From the NCBI RefSeq assembly GCF_963921235.1, contig NC_086097.1, positions 145,640,001 through 145,704,000 on the forward strand: DNA of 64,000 bases. Direction: 5' to 3'. Position numbers and translations under genes: made by a program. The first letter of the stretch is position 1. Each line of letters begins with the position of its first letter. The DNA is from Mobula hypostoma (Eukaryota). Under the pieces are notes generated by a model. The model searched no databases, was not told the DNA's origin, and saw nothing but the letters and a program-made list of their open reading frames with translations. Positions 37,301-47,104 of the stretch are shown one piece after another.

Positions 37301-38655
37301 CTCAAAGGCTCTGGGCAGCTTTAAAAATTTTCTTTTTCTTTTTTTTTTGAGGTCCAAGAAGCTCCACACAGAATTACTTGTGGTAGTACTTCTGCTACCT
37401 CTTGCCAATAGACACAAATAGAACAAGCAGTGATTCGTCCATCAGTCATCAGTACTCGTTATGGTGTAGACTCTTGTTTTAACAATACTAAACTGAGGCT
37501 GTCATGATGAGATTATTGGAAAAACAAGATGTTGGCCTTAACAACTGTAGATTCTGACTTCATTTCTAAATTCTTGCTCACAAGTCTGCAAGGGTTAATA
37601 ACCCTTAAAAGCTAAGGAACTTGGTAATAGAGTCACTAGATGCACATGTACATACCCATCTCTTCCTCCCAATTAACAAAAAAAAACAAGCTCGGTGACT
37701 TACCAAAAAATGCTAACCAAATTTTATTCCCTCACAGTCCTCTAATCTCCCCACAGATTCTTGCTACAAAGACTAATTTACAGCATCGAACTACACCACC
37801 AACCACACATCTTTGGGACATGATAGGAAATCAGAGCATGTGGAAACACACTAGGTTACTGGAAAAGCATACAAATTCACACACGCAGCACCAGGTCAGG
37901 ACTGAACCCACGTCACTGGAACTGTGAGACAGCACTAAACTAGCTATGCAATGTGTTACTCACAAAATGTTAATACTATAGAAGGATGGGACAAGAAAAA
38001 AATAGGAAGGAAAGGGTGTTGATATTTGCTAAGCAATGATGGTTGGAAACCTAGGCCTCTGTACCTCTCTTTTCAGCTAGATTCTTGACATCTTCACTGG
38101 GAAACCAGTCAGTGCAGATCAGAAGTAACATCTTATCCTCGCTGATAATGAACACCAGCACACCTCAAGGATGCGTAGTCATTGCTCTACTCTATCAACA
38201 CCCATAACTACGTGGCTAGGCACAGCTCAGATGCCATCTACGTATAAATTTACACACACACACACAATTATACATATACATTTCTCATAGTAAATTATAG
38301 GGTTTTTGTGCATTGTACTGTAGTTGCAAGGATTTCACGACATACATCCGTGATATTAAACTGGATTCTGGAAGCACAAGAAACTGGATTAGCTGTAACA
38401 ATATTAGCTTAATGTAAAATAAGTTAATAATGTAGTTGAAAATGTGCTGCCCGTGACATTGTGTTAATTACTTTAAAAAGAAAGTATTTCAAAATGAAAT
38501 TAGTCACACAGGGCGGACAGCAACAAAGTACTCAGAAATGTCTCTAATTGGAACAAGAGTTTGGTGCTAAATGTACCTACCTGTCTGAGCTGTTCAAGCT
38601 TCTTTAATTCCTCACTGTAGTTGGAAGGATTTTCTCCATAATGCTTCAAAATGTA
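7200..38655 (-). CDS. PTPN23: PTPN23 / HD-PTP (Bro1 + V domain part), spliced coding span of exons 2-18; gene extends beyond both window ends
   Basis: 17 exons with AG/GT (one GC) boundaries and consistent phases give 1850 nt of continuous frame from YILKHYGENPSNYSEELKKLEQLRQ to KLFEEQLKKYDQLRVYIDQNLAAQEN. Bro1 motifs AKKDNDFIYHE and GPDIFAKLVP match the HD-PTP sequence as I recall it. Confidence 0.96.
7668..7890. mobile_element. Inverted (foldback) Penelope-like terminal pair with decayed hammerhead cores (copy B)
   Basis: ACACAAAATGCTGGAGGAACTCAGCAGG... mirrored by ...CCTGCGGAGTTCCTCCAGTATATTTTGTGT; central CTGATGAAG and CCCGAAACATC. Confidence 0.72.
9152..9490. mobile_element. Fragment of a Tigger/pogo-like non-autonomous DNA transposon (same family as 13030-13284 and 16662-19792)
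   Basis: Shared GGGACAC..GGGGACCAGTATATTTTGGCCCAAT..AAGCAG terminal region. Confidence 0.65.
9589..9743 (-). CDS. PTPN23: PTPN23 exon 17 (155 nt) EEKATLQNMKRILLKVEEMRDQR...LVTTDHSEMK
   Basis: CAG/GTTGGT boundaries. Confidence 0.94.
9885..10181 (-). CDS. PTPN23: PTPN23 exon 16 (297 nt) ILSGLYTDVEVSLRELKELI...LRAALPSPTVSD
   Basis: CAG/GTATT boundaries; EWSKYMEVHEKASFTNTELHKAMNLH motif. Confidence 0.94.
10300..10533. repeat. Tandem duplication, 2 x 117 bp
   Basis: 10300-10416 and 10417-10533 are identical apart from one substitution. Confidence 0.95.
10697..10842 (-). CDS. PTPN23: PTPN23 exon 15 (146 nt) QFMDSLRIDPDSVDNLDMYNHIPPVLMEKCAALSVRPDTVKSLVQSMQ
   Basis: CAG/GTACGT boundaries; ORF 10635..10859. 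Confidence 0.95.
11575..12993 (+). mobile_element. Tc1 DNA transposon, internally deleted and degenerate
   Basis: TIRs CAGTTGCAAGAAAA...TTTTCTTGCAACTG followed by TA; paired-type HTH (GKGYKIIS), QQDNDPKHKSK, WPSQSPDLNPIE. Confidence 0.92.
13030..13284. mobile_element. Tigger/pogo-like MITE remnant
   Basis: Ends TGTCCCATTAACCAGAATTCACTG+TA, the reverse complement of the terminus at 16662. Confidence 0.6.
13746..13811 (-). CDS. PTPN23: PTPN23 exon 14 (66 nt) EEKAKLLREVVDKIDTKNEVLE
   Basis: CAG/GTAGG boundaries. Confidence 0.94.
13947..14061 (-). CDS. PTPN23: PTPN23 exon 13 (115 nt) ASLVKALPVNPTDPNVTGPDIFAKLVPIEAHEASSLYS
   Basis: TAG/GTGAG boundaries. Confidence 0.95.
14387..14466 (-). CDS. 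PTPN23: PTPN23 exon 12 (80 nt) YTAAKKDNDFIYHEAVPPIDSLTSVKG; GC donor
   Basis: TAG acceptor; the frame into exon 13 is kept only with donor AAG|GCAGGT. Confidence 0.9.
15520..16190 (+). mobile_element. Non-autonomous LINE-derived retroposon, GC-rich, with (AATCT)n tail
   Basis: 5' AAGATGGCG motif, CpG-rich body, AATAAA then AATCTAATCTAATCT; no coherent ORF. Confidence 0.65.
16235..16444. mobile_element. Young foldback Penelope-like insertion with an intact hammerhead core on the minus strand (copy C)
   Basis: 78-bp arms 16235-16312 and 16334-16411; 13-bp flanking repeat TCTC(C/T)ACATACCA; CTGACGA-AGGGTCTCGGCCT-GAAA-CGTC. Confidence 0.8.
17255..17385 (+). mobile_element. CR1-type LINE 3' end fragment inside the hAT
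   Basis: GATGATCAGCCATGATCA...GGCCTACTCCTGCACCTA matches the CR1 tail at 63470-63545 in reverse complement. Confidence 0.75.
18721..18854. repeat. Minisatellite (ATATGTAGATATAG)n, about 9 units, three with an ATACGT variant
   Basis: 14-bp periodicity read directly. Confidence 0.92.
20081..20930 (+). mobile_element. Non-autonomous LINE-derived retroposon with (TTGAT)n tail
   Basis: 5' GACTTCCAGTAAGATGACG; 3' AATTAAACTTGATTTGATTTGA. Confidence 0.55.
22505..22563 (-). CDS. PTPN23: PTPN23 exon 11 (59 nt) GQPETVQEALRFTMDVIGGK
   Basis: TAG/GTAAGT boundaries. Confidence 0.94.
23753..23996 (-). mobile_element. Penelope-like short insertion with the most complete hammerhead motif (copy D)
   Basis: 14-bp TSD AGGTTAT(G/A)AAACCT at 23739-23752 and 23997-24010. 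Confidence 0.82.
23808..23847 (-). ncRNA. Candidate minimal type I hammerhead ribozyme
   Basis: UCAGUC-CUGACGA-A-GGG(UUCCGG)CCC-GAAA-CGUC-GACCGA: both core boxes, stem II, palindromic ACGU stem III, GUC site, 5 of 6 bp in stem I. Confidence 0.7.
24166..24222 (-). CDS. PTPN23: PTPN23 exon 10 (57 nt) LAYFQSSLDKLNEAMKYAK
   Basis: CAG/GTAAG boundaries. Confidence 0.94.
24347..24394 (-). CDS. PTPN23: PTPN23 exon 9 (48 nt) LHMGKQSEEQQKYGER
   Basis: TAG/GTGAG boundaries. Confidence 0.94.
26272..26403 (-). CDS. PTPN23: PTPN23 exon 8 (132 nt) VVDYYKEACRALENSETASLIGKFQKDWKKLVQMKIYYYAAVAH
   Basis: CAG/GTAAGT boundaries; ORF 26194..26436. Confidence 0.95.
27130..27210 (-). CDS. PTPN23: PTPN23 exon 7 (81 nt) GQAQECLLEKSMLDNRKCFLVARISAQ
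   Basis: TAG/GTAGGT boundaries. Confidence 0.95.
28162..31755 (+). mobile_element. hAT (Tip100/ZMYM1-like) transposon, near full length
   Basis: CAGTGGCG...CGCCAGTG ends; 8-bp TSD CTCTCAGA/CTTTCAGA; subterminal TAGCACCAGCA repeats at both ends. Confidence 0.9.
28663..31029 (+). pseudogene. Disrupted hAT transposase (TTF zinc finger, DUF4371-like region, hATC dimerization end)
   Basis: LEYSITKDTTFCFACRHF, QRGHRE, FAIMVDESKD, GQCYDG, YIHCHAHRLNL, SFSCLRCLKNYLR; several stops and frameshifts. Confidence 0.88.
32939..33070 (-). CDS. PTPN23: PTPN23 exon 6 (132 nt) GMKVSCTHFQCSAGAFTYLRDHFSHSFSVDMSHQILNLNINLML
   Basis: CAG/GTAAG boundaries; ORF 32861..33076. Confidence 0.95.
33165..33214 (-). CDS. 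PTPN23: PTPN23 exon 5 (50 nt) ALHSMLGAVDNRVTEE
   Basis: TAG/GTAG boundaries; phase fits neighbouring exons. Confidence 0.93.
33900..33976 (-). CDS. PTPN23: PTPN23 exon 4 (77 nt) TEIFSGKAVTVDEICYEQACILYNLG
   Basis: CAG/GTAAGT boundaries; Bro1 YEQACILYN motif. Confidence 0.94.
35251..35378 (-). CDS. PTPN23: PTPN23 exon 3 (128 nt) SAVNVTRDFEGCSTLRKYFGQLHYLQSRIPMGSGEEAAVPVTW
   Basis: CAG/GTTAG boundaries; lies within ORF 35175..35453. Confidence 0.95.
38581..38655 (-). CDS. PTPN23: PTPN23 exon 2 (75 nt) YILKHYGENPSNYSEELKKLEQLRQ
   Basis: CAG acceptor, GTAGGT donor, phase 0/0. Confidence 0.93.
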
Positions 38656-39169
38656 CTGGAAAAGAAAATAAATTCAGAATCTAAATATTTTTTTTCGTTT
38701 TTAATAACTATCTCTTCATTACTGCAATAACTTTCACCTATTGTTGGATTACAAGTAGTTCCCGGGTTATGAAACTGTTCTGTTCCTGAGAACTGAAATT
38801 AACCAAATTTTTCATAAGTAGAAATGAACAAAAACAGAATGGGAGAGGATCACATCACCCTGTCACAGGACAGCATGCAGGAATGGGAAAAGCAGCTGCC
38901 AGTCAGTCTTACCGACTCCATAACAAGTCAGTGAGTCTGCTCAGTGCTCCCAACTCAGCGGGACTCAAACCAGCACCCAATTCTCGCAACTCAGGGGTTG
39001 GGGAGAGAAGGCACAGGGAAATGCCCCATTCCCACCTGACAGTGGATGCCTGCAGCCCTGTAAAAGCCATAAAAACTATCCCCATCCTTCCTGCCCGTCT
39101 CCTAAATGTCAAGGGGAAAGCCCAACATGACCCTAATAAAGAGTGCCTACAACACCACAGAGACTCACA

Positions 39170-39640
39170 AATCCACCCCCATATTATGTATAAAGTAAAT
39201 AAAACTGGACAGCTACCAAAGTATCCAAAGGTTGTTTAAAATGAGAGAAAGTCAACATGATTTGAGAGGAACATGTATATTTCAAAAACAAAAGATAAGA
39301 ACAAATGTAAAAAATTATTGTATTTCAGTCAGAGGGGTGAATCTATGGAACAGTTGTAGTGAGAATCTAAAAACATGCACCATAATTAACAAGTTTAAAA
39401 AATTATTTAAAAATAGTGAACAAATATAAAATACATGATTTAAAATGAATGGGAGTAATGTAAATAAGTGATACTTAGAACTGGATTTTGTGTTAAAAGA
39501 TTATGAAATTTTTTGTTTTGATGTGATGATTGAAGCCAAATATGTTGTTGTATAAGTAAGAGGTGTAGGCATAATAAGCTGTAGCTTCAGCCTACACCAT
39601 TTCGGTCTGTTTTAAAGAATATCTACTTTTTTTTGTAATT
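39170..39640 (+). mobile_element. L2-group (Crack/Daphne-like) LINE 3' fragment
   Basis: C-terminal motif RTNVKNYCISVRGVNLWNS...FKKLFK followed by an AT-rich 3' UTR. Confidence 0.6.
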
Positions 39641-40252
39641 TTGTCCTATGAAATCATCGTTTCATTCATTCACATTAGACATCCATGAAACTGTGGGCTG
39701 GATCACTTATTCCCACTGCAGATATACTGCCTCAGCAGGATACAGCAGCTGTAGAGTCAGGGTCAAACCAAACTCCAAGTCACTATTTGCCCCACATTCA
39801 CCTGTGAGGCTCTGCTATAATGTAAGGGAAGCTTAGCTAACTTCAAAAAGATGCCTAAAAATTTATCAGAGATTTTTAAAGTTAAAAATTCCTAAGTCAT
39901 CTTGCTCATATGTGTACTTGTAACCCAGGACAGCCTGCATATTTAAGTAGCATGCATTATAAATCATGCAGCTTACCCTTAAACACAATTGCAGTTATCA
40001 AAGATTGAACAGCCACTTTTCCAAAGTCTCATTAGTCCTAATTACACCTGACTGTTCATCAGCTCAGAGATTTAACATCTGCTAAGCATTAGGTAGGAAC
40101 GCAAACGTGAATAGTTACGGGTGTGAACTGTCTCACTTGGCCAAAATCAAAATCACTAAGCAAGAAATGAGTCACAAAGATATCTTCAAGCACTTTCTGC
40201 CAGATTATTGTAATTTGTTCCAACTGTTAACATTGCCCTCTACTGCGACTTT

Positions 40253-40445
40253 AGCCGGCTGGTGGTGTAGTGACATCAGCAAAGGCCTTCGAGGTCAATG
40301 GTCATGAGTTTGAGTCCCTTGCACGGTTTCTATCGTGCTGGGTTAGGCGTCAAGCTAGCGACTCAACCTCGTAAAAAGGTCAAATGCTACAGAAACAGCA
40401 AAAATGGTACCCGATGTGCCACAAGGCACGAAAAGGAACGGCTTC
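40253..40445 (+). mobile_element. tRNA-derived SINE-like element
   Basis: A-box-like TGGTGTAGTGA and B-box-like GTTTGAGTCC, followed by an RTE-5'-like AGCTAGCGACTCAACCTCGTAAAAA. Confidence 0.5.
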
Positions 40446-41182
40446 TTTGTTCTTGGTCATCTGAACACCAAGAACAAGATCATAGAAATTTGAAGATTTA
40501 GAAGGATATCTAAATTATGTTTGAGCTGCTGGAATAAAGCTATGCATCCTAATACAGGCTGAGTACCCCTTATCCAAAAACCTATGAAACCCAATAATTT
40601 TCTTTTGAGCGCAGACACGTCACAAATGGAAAACTTCACAAGACATTGGAAAGGTTCTCAGTTGATGGGCAAGTCTGTGCATCACGGTTCTGAGAAGTGA
40701 CCTCACAAATGTAACGAACAGAAGTTAATCAAAAATAGAAAAATAACTTTGCATGAAGCGAAAAATTAAGATCTCAATCGTGTGTTGAAAGAGTGGATTC
40801 AGTGTCTGAGTGAATTTATGCCATTTAACAGTATGCTGACCATAAAACAAGCAAAAGATCTTCATGACAAACAAGAAATTGAAGGTAATCGTGAATATGC
40901 AGCAGGCCGATTGCAGAAATTTAAGAAAAAAGCATGGCATTAAATTTTTAAAGATCCAAATTCTTTTTTCAAGATAAAGCATCTGCTGATCACGAAGCTG
41001 CAGAGAAATTCATTGATGAGTTTGAAAAGATCATCACTGCTGAAAAGTTAACACCAGAACAAGTCTATAATGCTACTTTTTACACCTTAAATAAAACCCA
41101 ACAAAAAGTAAAATACAAATACAAGTGCTGCTTTTGTTACCCTATATACATCAAGACAAAAACTGCTTACTGGTAGCGTATA

Positions 41183-42793
41183 CAGGTGTCCCCCGCTTTT
41201 CGAACGTTCGCTTTACAAAACCTCACTGTTACGAAAGACCTACATTAGTACCCTGTTTTCGCTTTCAGAATGTGTTTTCACTGTTACGAAAAAAAAGCAG
41301 AGCGCGATAAAAGGCAGCGCGCGCCTCGAGTAGCCGCTCTCCCAGGATTCGGAACTGCATTCTCGCCGGCATTGCTTAACCATGTCTCTGTGAGCAGCTG
41401 TTTGCAAGACGAGTTCTATGGTATCAGAAGAGCCTAAAAGAGCTCCTAAGTGCTACACTTAGCGTAAAATTAGACATAATTAAGCGTTTTGATCATGATG
41501 AATGAAGCAAGGGCAAAGTGAGTTTGGCTTGTGGAAGCTGACGAAGATGATGTTGAAGAGGTTTTGGCATCCCATGACCAAGATCTGATAGATGAAGAAC
41601 TGAAGCAATTGGAAGAAAAAAGGATAACAATCGAAACCGAATGCAACAGCGAACTGAACGTGAAGCAACTGTGTGAGATTTTCGCTGCAAAGATAAAGTA
41701 CGACTTTAATTTTGAAAGGGTACGTAGGTTTAGGGGATATTTGCAAGATGGTTTGAGTCCTTACAAAGAACTGTGTGATAGAAAAATGCGTGGGGCACAG
41801 CAGTCAAGCAAGCCTTCCATATCAGCCACACCACAGCAGACGCGAACCTAGACCTTCGACATCGAGGTGGGCAGTCACAGGAGAAGATGAGCCACCTGCC
41901 CTAATGGAAACAGACGAGATGACACCCCAGTGTCCCACCACCCCAACCCCCAAGCCACGGACAGACACCGATTCGCAGAGAATGCAGCAGTAGCCAGGAG
42001 GCACACAGCACATCTTTAAGAAAAAAGCCAAAATAAATATGCTAATTAATTAGGTGCCGCCCGACACGTAATTGTTGGCCCAGATCAGAGACAACGCAAT
42101 CGGAAATCGGCACTGATCTGGGCCAACAATTACGTGCCGGGCGGCACCCAATTAATTAGCATGTTTGTTTCGGCTTTTTTCTTAAAGATGTGCTGTGCGC
42201 CTCCCGGCTACCGCTGCATGCTTCGTGGCAATATAATCGCTCGGCGGCCTGGAGGGTGGGGGCCACTGCACCACCCCAACCTGCGACAACCCAGTCTAAC
42301 ACACCATCATAAGTGTGCTCGGCACTGAACCAATTCCGGTAAATGATACTACACTGTACATACATTATTTCTACTTTATATCAGCTGTGTATTTTTACGT
42401 GTTATTTGGTATGATTTGGCAGCTTCATAGCTTAAAGCTTACTGGAGAGCGCTTGCGCTGTGTTTTTGCCAACAGTGCTTGCATGAGATTTTCTGCCGAC
42501 GGCGCTTGCGTGAGATTTTTGGTACGGAGAACAGTGCAGTAATGATTGTGGAAAAGCATTTCTACTTTATATAGGCTGTGTATTTACCATATCATTCCTG
42601 CTTTTACTATATGTTACTGTTGTTTTAGGTTTTATGTGTTACTTGGCATGATTTGGTAGGTTATTTTTGGGTCTGCGAACGCTCACAAAATTTTCCCATA
42701 TAAATAAATGGTAATTGCTTCTTCACTTACGACATTTCGGCTTACAAACTGTTTCATAGGAACGCTCTACCTTCGGATGGCGGGGGAAACCTG
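41183..42793 (+). mobile_element. Tigger-like non-autonomous element nested in the outer Tigger
   Basis: TA+CAGGTGTCCCCCGC ... GCGGGGGAAACCTG+TA; 5' part homologous to 62867-63180; acidic Tigger C-terminal remnant (ORF 41531..41851). Confidence 0.85.
41982..42219. repeat. Long inverted repeat (~107-bp arms, 24-bp spacer)
   Basis: 41982-42088 is the near reverse complement of 42113-42219. Confidence 0.92.
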
Positions 42794-43579
42794 TAGTTTC
42801 AGAGTTGGAAATGATGCCAGTCCCAAGCTATCTTATTATATATTCCATAATCCAAAACAATCCAAAATCTGAAACAGTTCCAGCCCCAAGTATTTTGGAT
42901 AAGGGGTACTCAAAGTGTACCACCATGGTTATCCATTTATTCAGACATACAGCATGGAACAGGCCCTTTCCGCCCTATGGAAATCAAAGACAGTTCTACA
43001 AATCCATTTCCAAGTATCTACTGAATTGTTTCTATCTCTACTACTCTTTCTGACAATGAATCTATAATTCCTACAAACTTCAGGATTTAAAAAATCTCAT
43101 TACCCCTCTAATTTTTCCAGTTGCTTTAAATCAATGTACTTTGGTCTTTAGTATCTCTGCTGAAGAAAACAATACTACTTTATTTACTCTGTTAAGGCCC
43201 CAATGCAAACAATCTTTCCTTTTTCCACTATTTCCAATTCTTATTGAACAATTTTAATGCAATCAAATTTCCTATCATGTTAATCAGAATCCTATACAAT
43301 AAGCTGCGATCAAACTGGTATTATTTACAGTTTTAGCAAATCCTCTCCGATCTCATTAGAGAGTAAAGGAAAACATCCCACCTATGTTTTAAATCAGATT
43401 ATTAACCTGCCCCACAACCTTAAAGGATGTATGAACATATTATATTTTTCAATGCAGTCTGCAAACTTTCTGTCCCGTCGCCAACCAAACATAATTTTTA
43501 AATTATTTTCAGAACATTATCACACATTAAAGTCTGCATCATCAATACTTGCTACAAAAATCAAAGCTCAAAGTACCAA

Positions 43580-46030
43580 GTCAATAATCAGCTTGGTCTT
43601 GCTGACATTGAGTAAAGGTTGTTGTTAGGGCAGATTCCCTCCTATATGCTGATTCATCACCACCACCTTTGATTCAGCTCATGACAGTGGTGTCTTCAGC
43701 AAACTTGACTATGGCATTGGAGCTGTGTTTAGCCACATAGTCATGAAGTGTAAAGTGTAAAGAGCAGGGGACTAAGCACACAGCTTTGGTAGTGTACCTG
43801 TATCGATGGAGGTTGTGGAGATGTTGTTGCCAATCCGAACTGACTGAGGTCTGCAAGCGAGGAAATCCAATTGCATAGGCAGGTATTGAGACCAAAGTCT
43901 TGGAGTCTATTGATTAGTTCTGAGGGGATGGTGGTATTGAATGCTGAGCTTTAGTCGATAAAGAGTATCATGATGTAGGCATCTTTGCTGACAAGGTGTT
44001 CCAGGGTTAAATGAAGAGCCAATAAGGTGGCATCTTAGCCTGTGCCCCTCAGCTATATGGAGTACTTTGCCATGTCTTCAACCTGAGCCTGAGGCTCCGG
44101 AGGGTTCCTGTGCTGTGGAGGACGTCCCGCCTCGTCCCTGTGCCGAAGACGCCGCGCCCCAGCAGCCTCAATGACTACAGACTGGTGGCATTGACCTCCC
44201 ACATCATGAAGACCCTGGAGAGACTTGTTCTGGAGCTGCTCCGGCCTATGGTCAGGCCACACAGAGATCCCCCTCCAGTTCACCTACCAATCCCGACTAG
44301 GAGTTGAGGATGCCATTGTCTACCTGCTGAGCCATGTCTACGCCCACCTGGACAAGCCAGCAAGCACTGTGAGGGTCATGTTTTTTGACTTCTCCAGTGC
44401 GTTCAACACCATCGGCCCTGCTTTGCTGGGGGAGAAGCTGACAGCGATGCAGGTGGATGCTTTCCTGGTGTCATGGGTTCTTGATTACCTGACTGGCAGA
44501 CCACAGTACGTGTGCTTGCAACAGTGTGGGTCCGACAGAGTGATCAGCAGCACTGGGGCTCCACAGGGGATTGTCTTGTCTCCCTTCCTCTTCACCATTT
44601 ACACCTCGGACTTCAACTACTGCACAGAGTCTTATCATCTTCAGAAGTTTTCTGATGACTCTGCCATAGTTGGATGCATCAGCAAGGGAGATGAGGCTGA
44701 GTACAGGGCTACGGTAGGAAACTTTGTCACATGGTGTGAGCAGAATTATCTGCAGCTTAATGTGAAAAAGACTAAGGAGCTGGTGGTAGGCCTGAGGCGG
44801 GCTAAGGTACCAGTGACCCCTGTTTCCATCCAGGGGGTCAGTGTGGACATGGTGGAGGATTACAAATACCTGGGGATACAAATTGACAATCAACTGGACT
44901 GGTCAAAGAACACTGAGGCCATCTACAAGAAGGGTCAGAGCCGTCTCTATTTCCTGAGGAGACTGAGGTCCTTTAACATCTGCCGGATGATGCTGAGGAT
45001 GTTCTACGAGTCTGTGGTGGCCAGTGCAATCATGTTTGCTGTTGTGTGCTGGGGCAGCAGGCTGAGGATAGCAGACACCAACAGAATCAACAAACTCATT
45101 CGTAAGGCCAGTGATGTTGTGGGGATGGAACTGGACTCTCTGACAGTGGTGTCTGAAAAGAGGATGCCGTCCAAGTTGCATGCCATCTTGGACAATGTCT
45201 CCCATCCACTACATAATGTACTGGTTGGGCACAGGAGTACATTCAGCCAGAGACTCATTCTACCGAGATGCAACACAGAGCGTCATAGGAAGTCATTCCT
45301 GCCTGTGGCCAAACTTTACAACTCCTCCCTTGGAGGGTCAGACATCCTGAGCCAATAGGCTGGTCCTGGACTTACTTCCTGGCATAATTTACATATTACT
45401 ATTTAACTATTTATGGTTTTATTACTATTATTTATGGTGCAACTGTAACGAAAACCAATTTCCCCGGGATCAATAAAGTATGACTATGACTATCTGAGTG
45501 GACCTCTTGCGCTGGCAAGCAAATTGAAGCAGATCTAAGTTGCTTCTCAGCCAGGAGTTGATATGTTTCATCACCAACCTCTCAAAACACTTCATCGCTG
45601 TGGATGTAAGTGCTACTGGGCAATAGTCACTACGCTCTTCTTGGGCACCTGTGTAATTGAGGCCTGCTTGAAGCAGATGGATACCACACACTGCAAAGCG
45701 AGTAGTTAAAGATCTCAGTGAACGCTCCAGCCAGTTAATCAGCACAGGTCTTTAGCACTTGGCCAAGTACCCTATCTGGGCTGGATGCTTTTTGTGGGTT
45801 CACCCTCCTGAAGGTTGGGACATCAGCCCCAGAGACTGAACTCATAGGATCATCAGGGTTCCTCCATGTTTTAACTATCAAAGTAAGCATAGAACGCAAT
45901 GAGCTCATCTAGAAGCTAAGCCTTGCTGCTGCCTATGTCACTTGATTTAACTTTGTAAGAGGATATAGTAGTCAAGCCCTGCCATAACTGTCAAGCACCT
46001 TTCGCTGATTCAAGTTCAGTCTGGAATTAA
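43580..46030 (-). mobile_element. Old Rex1/Babar-type LINE remnant, interrupted by the younger copy at 44036-45493
   Basis: DYCPVALTSTAMKCFERLV, DYVAKHSSNAIVKFAEDTTV on the minus strand. Confidence 0.8.
44036..45493 (+). mobile_element. Young 5'-truncated Rex1/Babar LINE (RT domain)
   Basis: VPVPKTPRPSSLNDYRLVALTS, FFDFSSAFNTI, GAPQGIVLSPFLF, KFSDDS; one frameshift near 44270; AATAAA plus (TATGAC)n tail. Confidence 0.93.
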
Positions 46031-47104
46031 CATTTCACCTATGAGATGGCTTTCTGGAGATAATATCTGGACCTCTTGGAACTTTCTTGGTCACCAGACT
46101 AAGGCGGCACTGGTGAACCACAACAATGTTCTGTGGGCTGCGGACAATGCTTCTAAATAAACTTTTAAATATATCTCTTTCGAATTTCACTGCAATCTGC
46201 AGCATGTAATTTCCCACTAAACAATGTACTTTTAAATCAACTTAACGATCTGCAGATTTTACGATCGTCTAAAGGACTCTGCGGACCAGGCGGTTATGGC
46301 ACCTTTAAGTGGACAATGGTTCATCGCCATTGCCAAATGTGAGGCAGGAGAGAAAGGGTCTCCAAGCCATGCTGAAATACAGAGGAATGAGGCCCCCTCT
46401 ACCCAGAATCTTGTTGGCAAATGTGCAATTGCTGCATACTAGCAGAATCTGTTCCACGAGTTGACTGAGTGCTCAGATCCTATGGTCAGTCTCGCTCTCC
46501 CTTTCTCCCCCAGAGATCGCCCTAAAGCAACAAGCTCAGTGACCAGCAAACCCTTGGCTGATGTAATTGCAAATTCATTTTGCATTCCAACCTGCCTTTG
46601 GAAATCTTTCAGACTTCTGTCGTCTGAAGAAGCTATCCAACTCTGCTTTAAGAACAGTCAAATACTGCTTCTGCCACTATTCTAGAAAAAATTGTTTCAA
46701 AGACCCAGTAGACTCAGTCTTAATTGGGAACCTCCCAGTTGCTGTCTATGACCCTAACTCTAGAATCTCTCACAACACTAAACATCTTCTTTCTATCCAC
46801 CCAGTCAAGATTCCTCGAACACTTAGAAGAATGCCATGACTGCACTGAAAAATAGGAAATTTTACAGAACTGGAGAGAATAAATATTAAAAACATCTCCC
46901 CAAAGACTCGATCTCAAATTGAGTCATCAGCCATCAAGCAATTGAAATATGAAGATATAAAGATTCACCCAAGGGGCAGAGAACCTTGAGGCAGAATCAC
47001 TACTTAAAGACAGGTATGTTTTTGGATTTTAAACACTTCATCAAGGTATGGAGTCAGTACACAAGAATGCTTTCAATTTCTTGCTCGTTTCCCACAGCCA
47101 TCCC

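Larger units (their letters stand above)
40555..42917 (+). mobile_element. Tigger/pogo transposon remnant (outer element)
   Basis: TA+CAGGCTGAGTACCCCTTATCCAAAA ... TTTTGGATAAGGGGTACTCAAAGTG+TA; CENP-B-type remnant QKFKKKHGIKFLKI and LTPEQVYNA. Confidence 0.85.
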
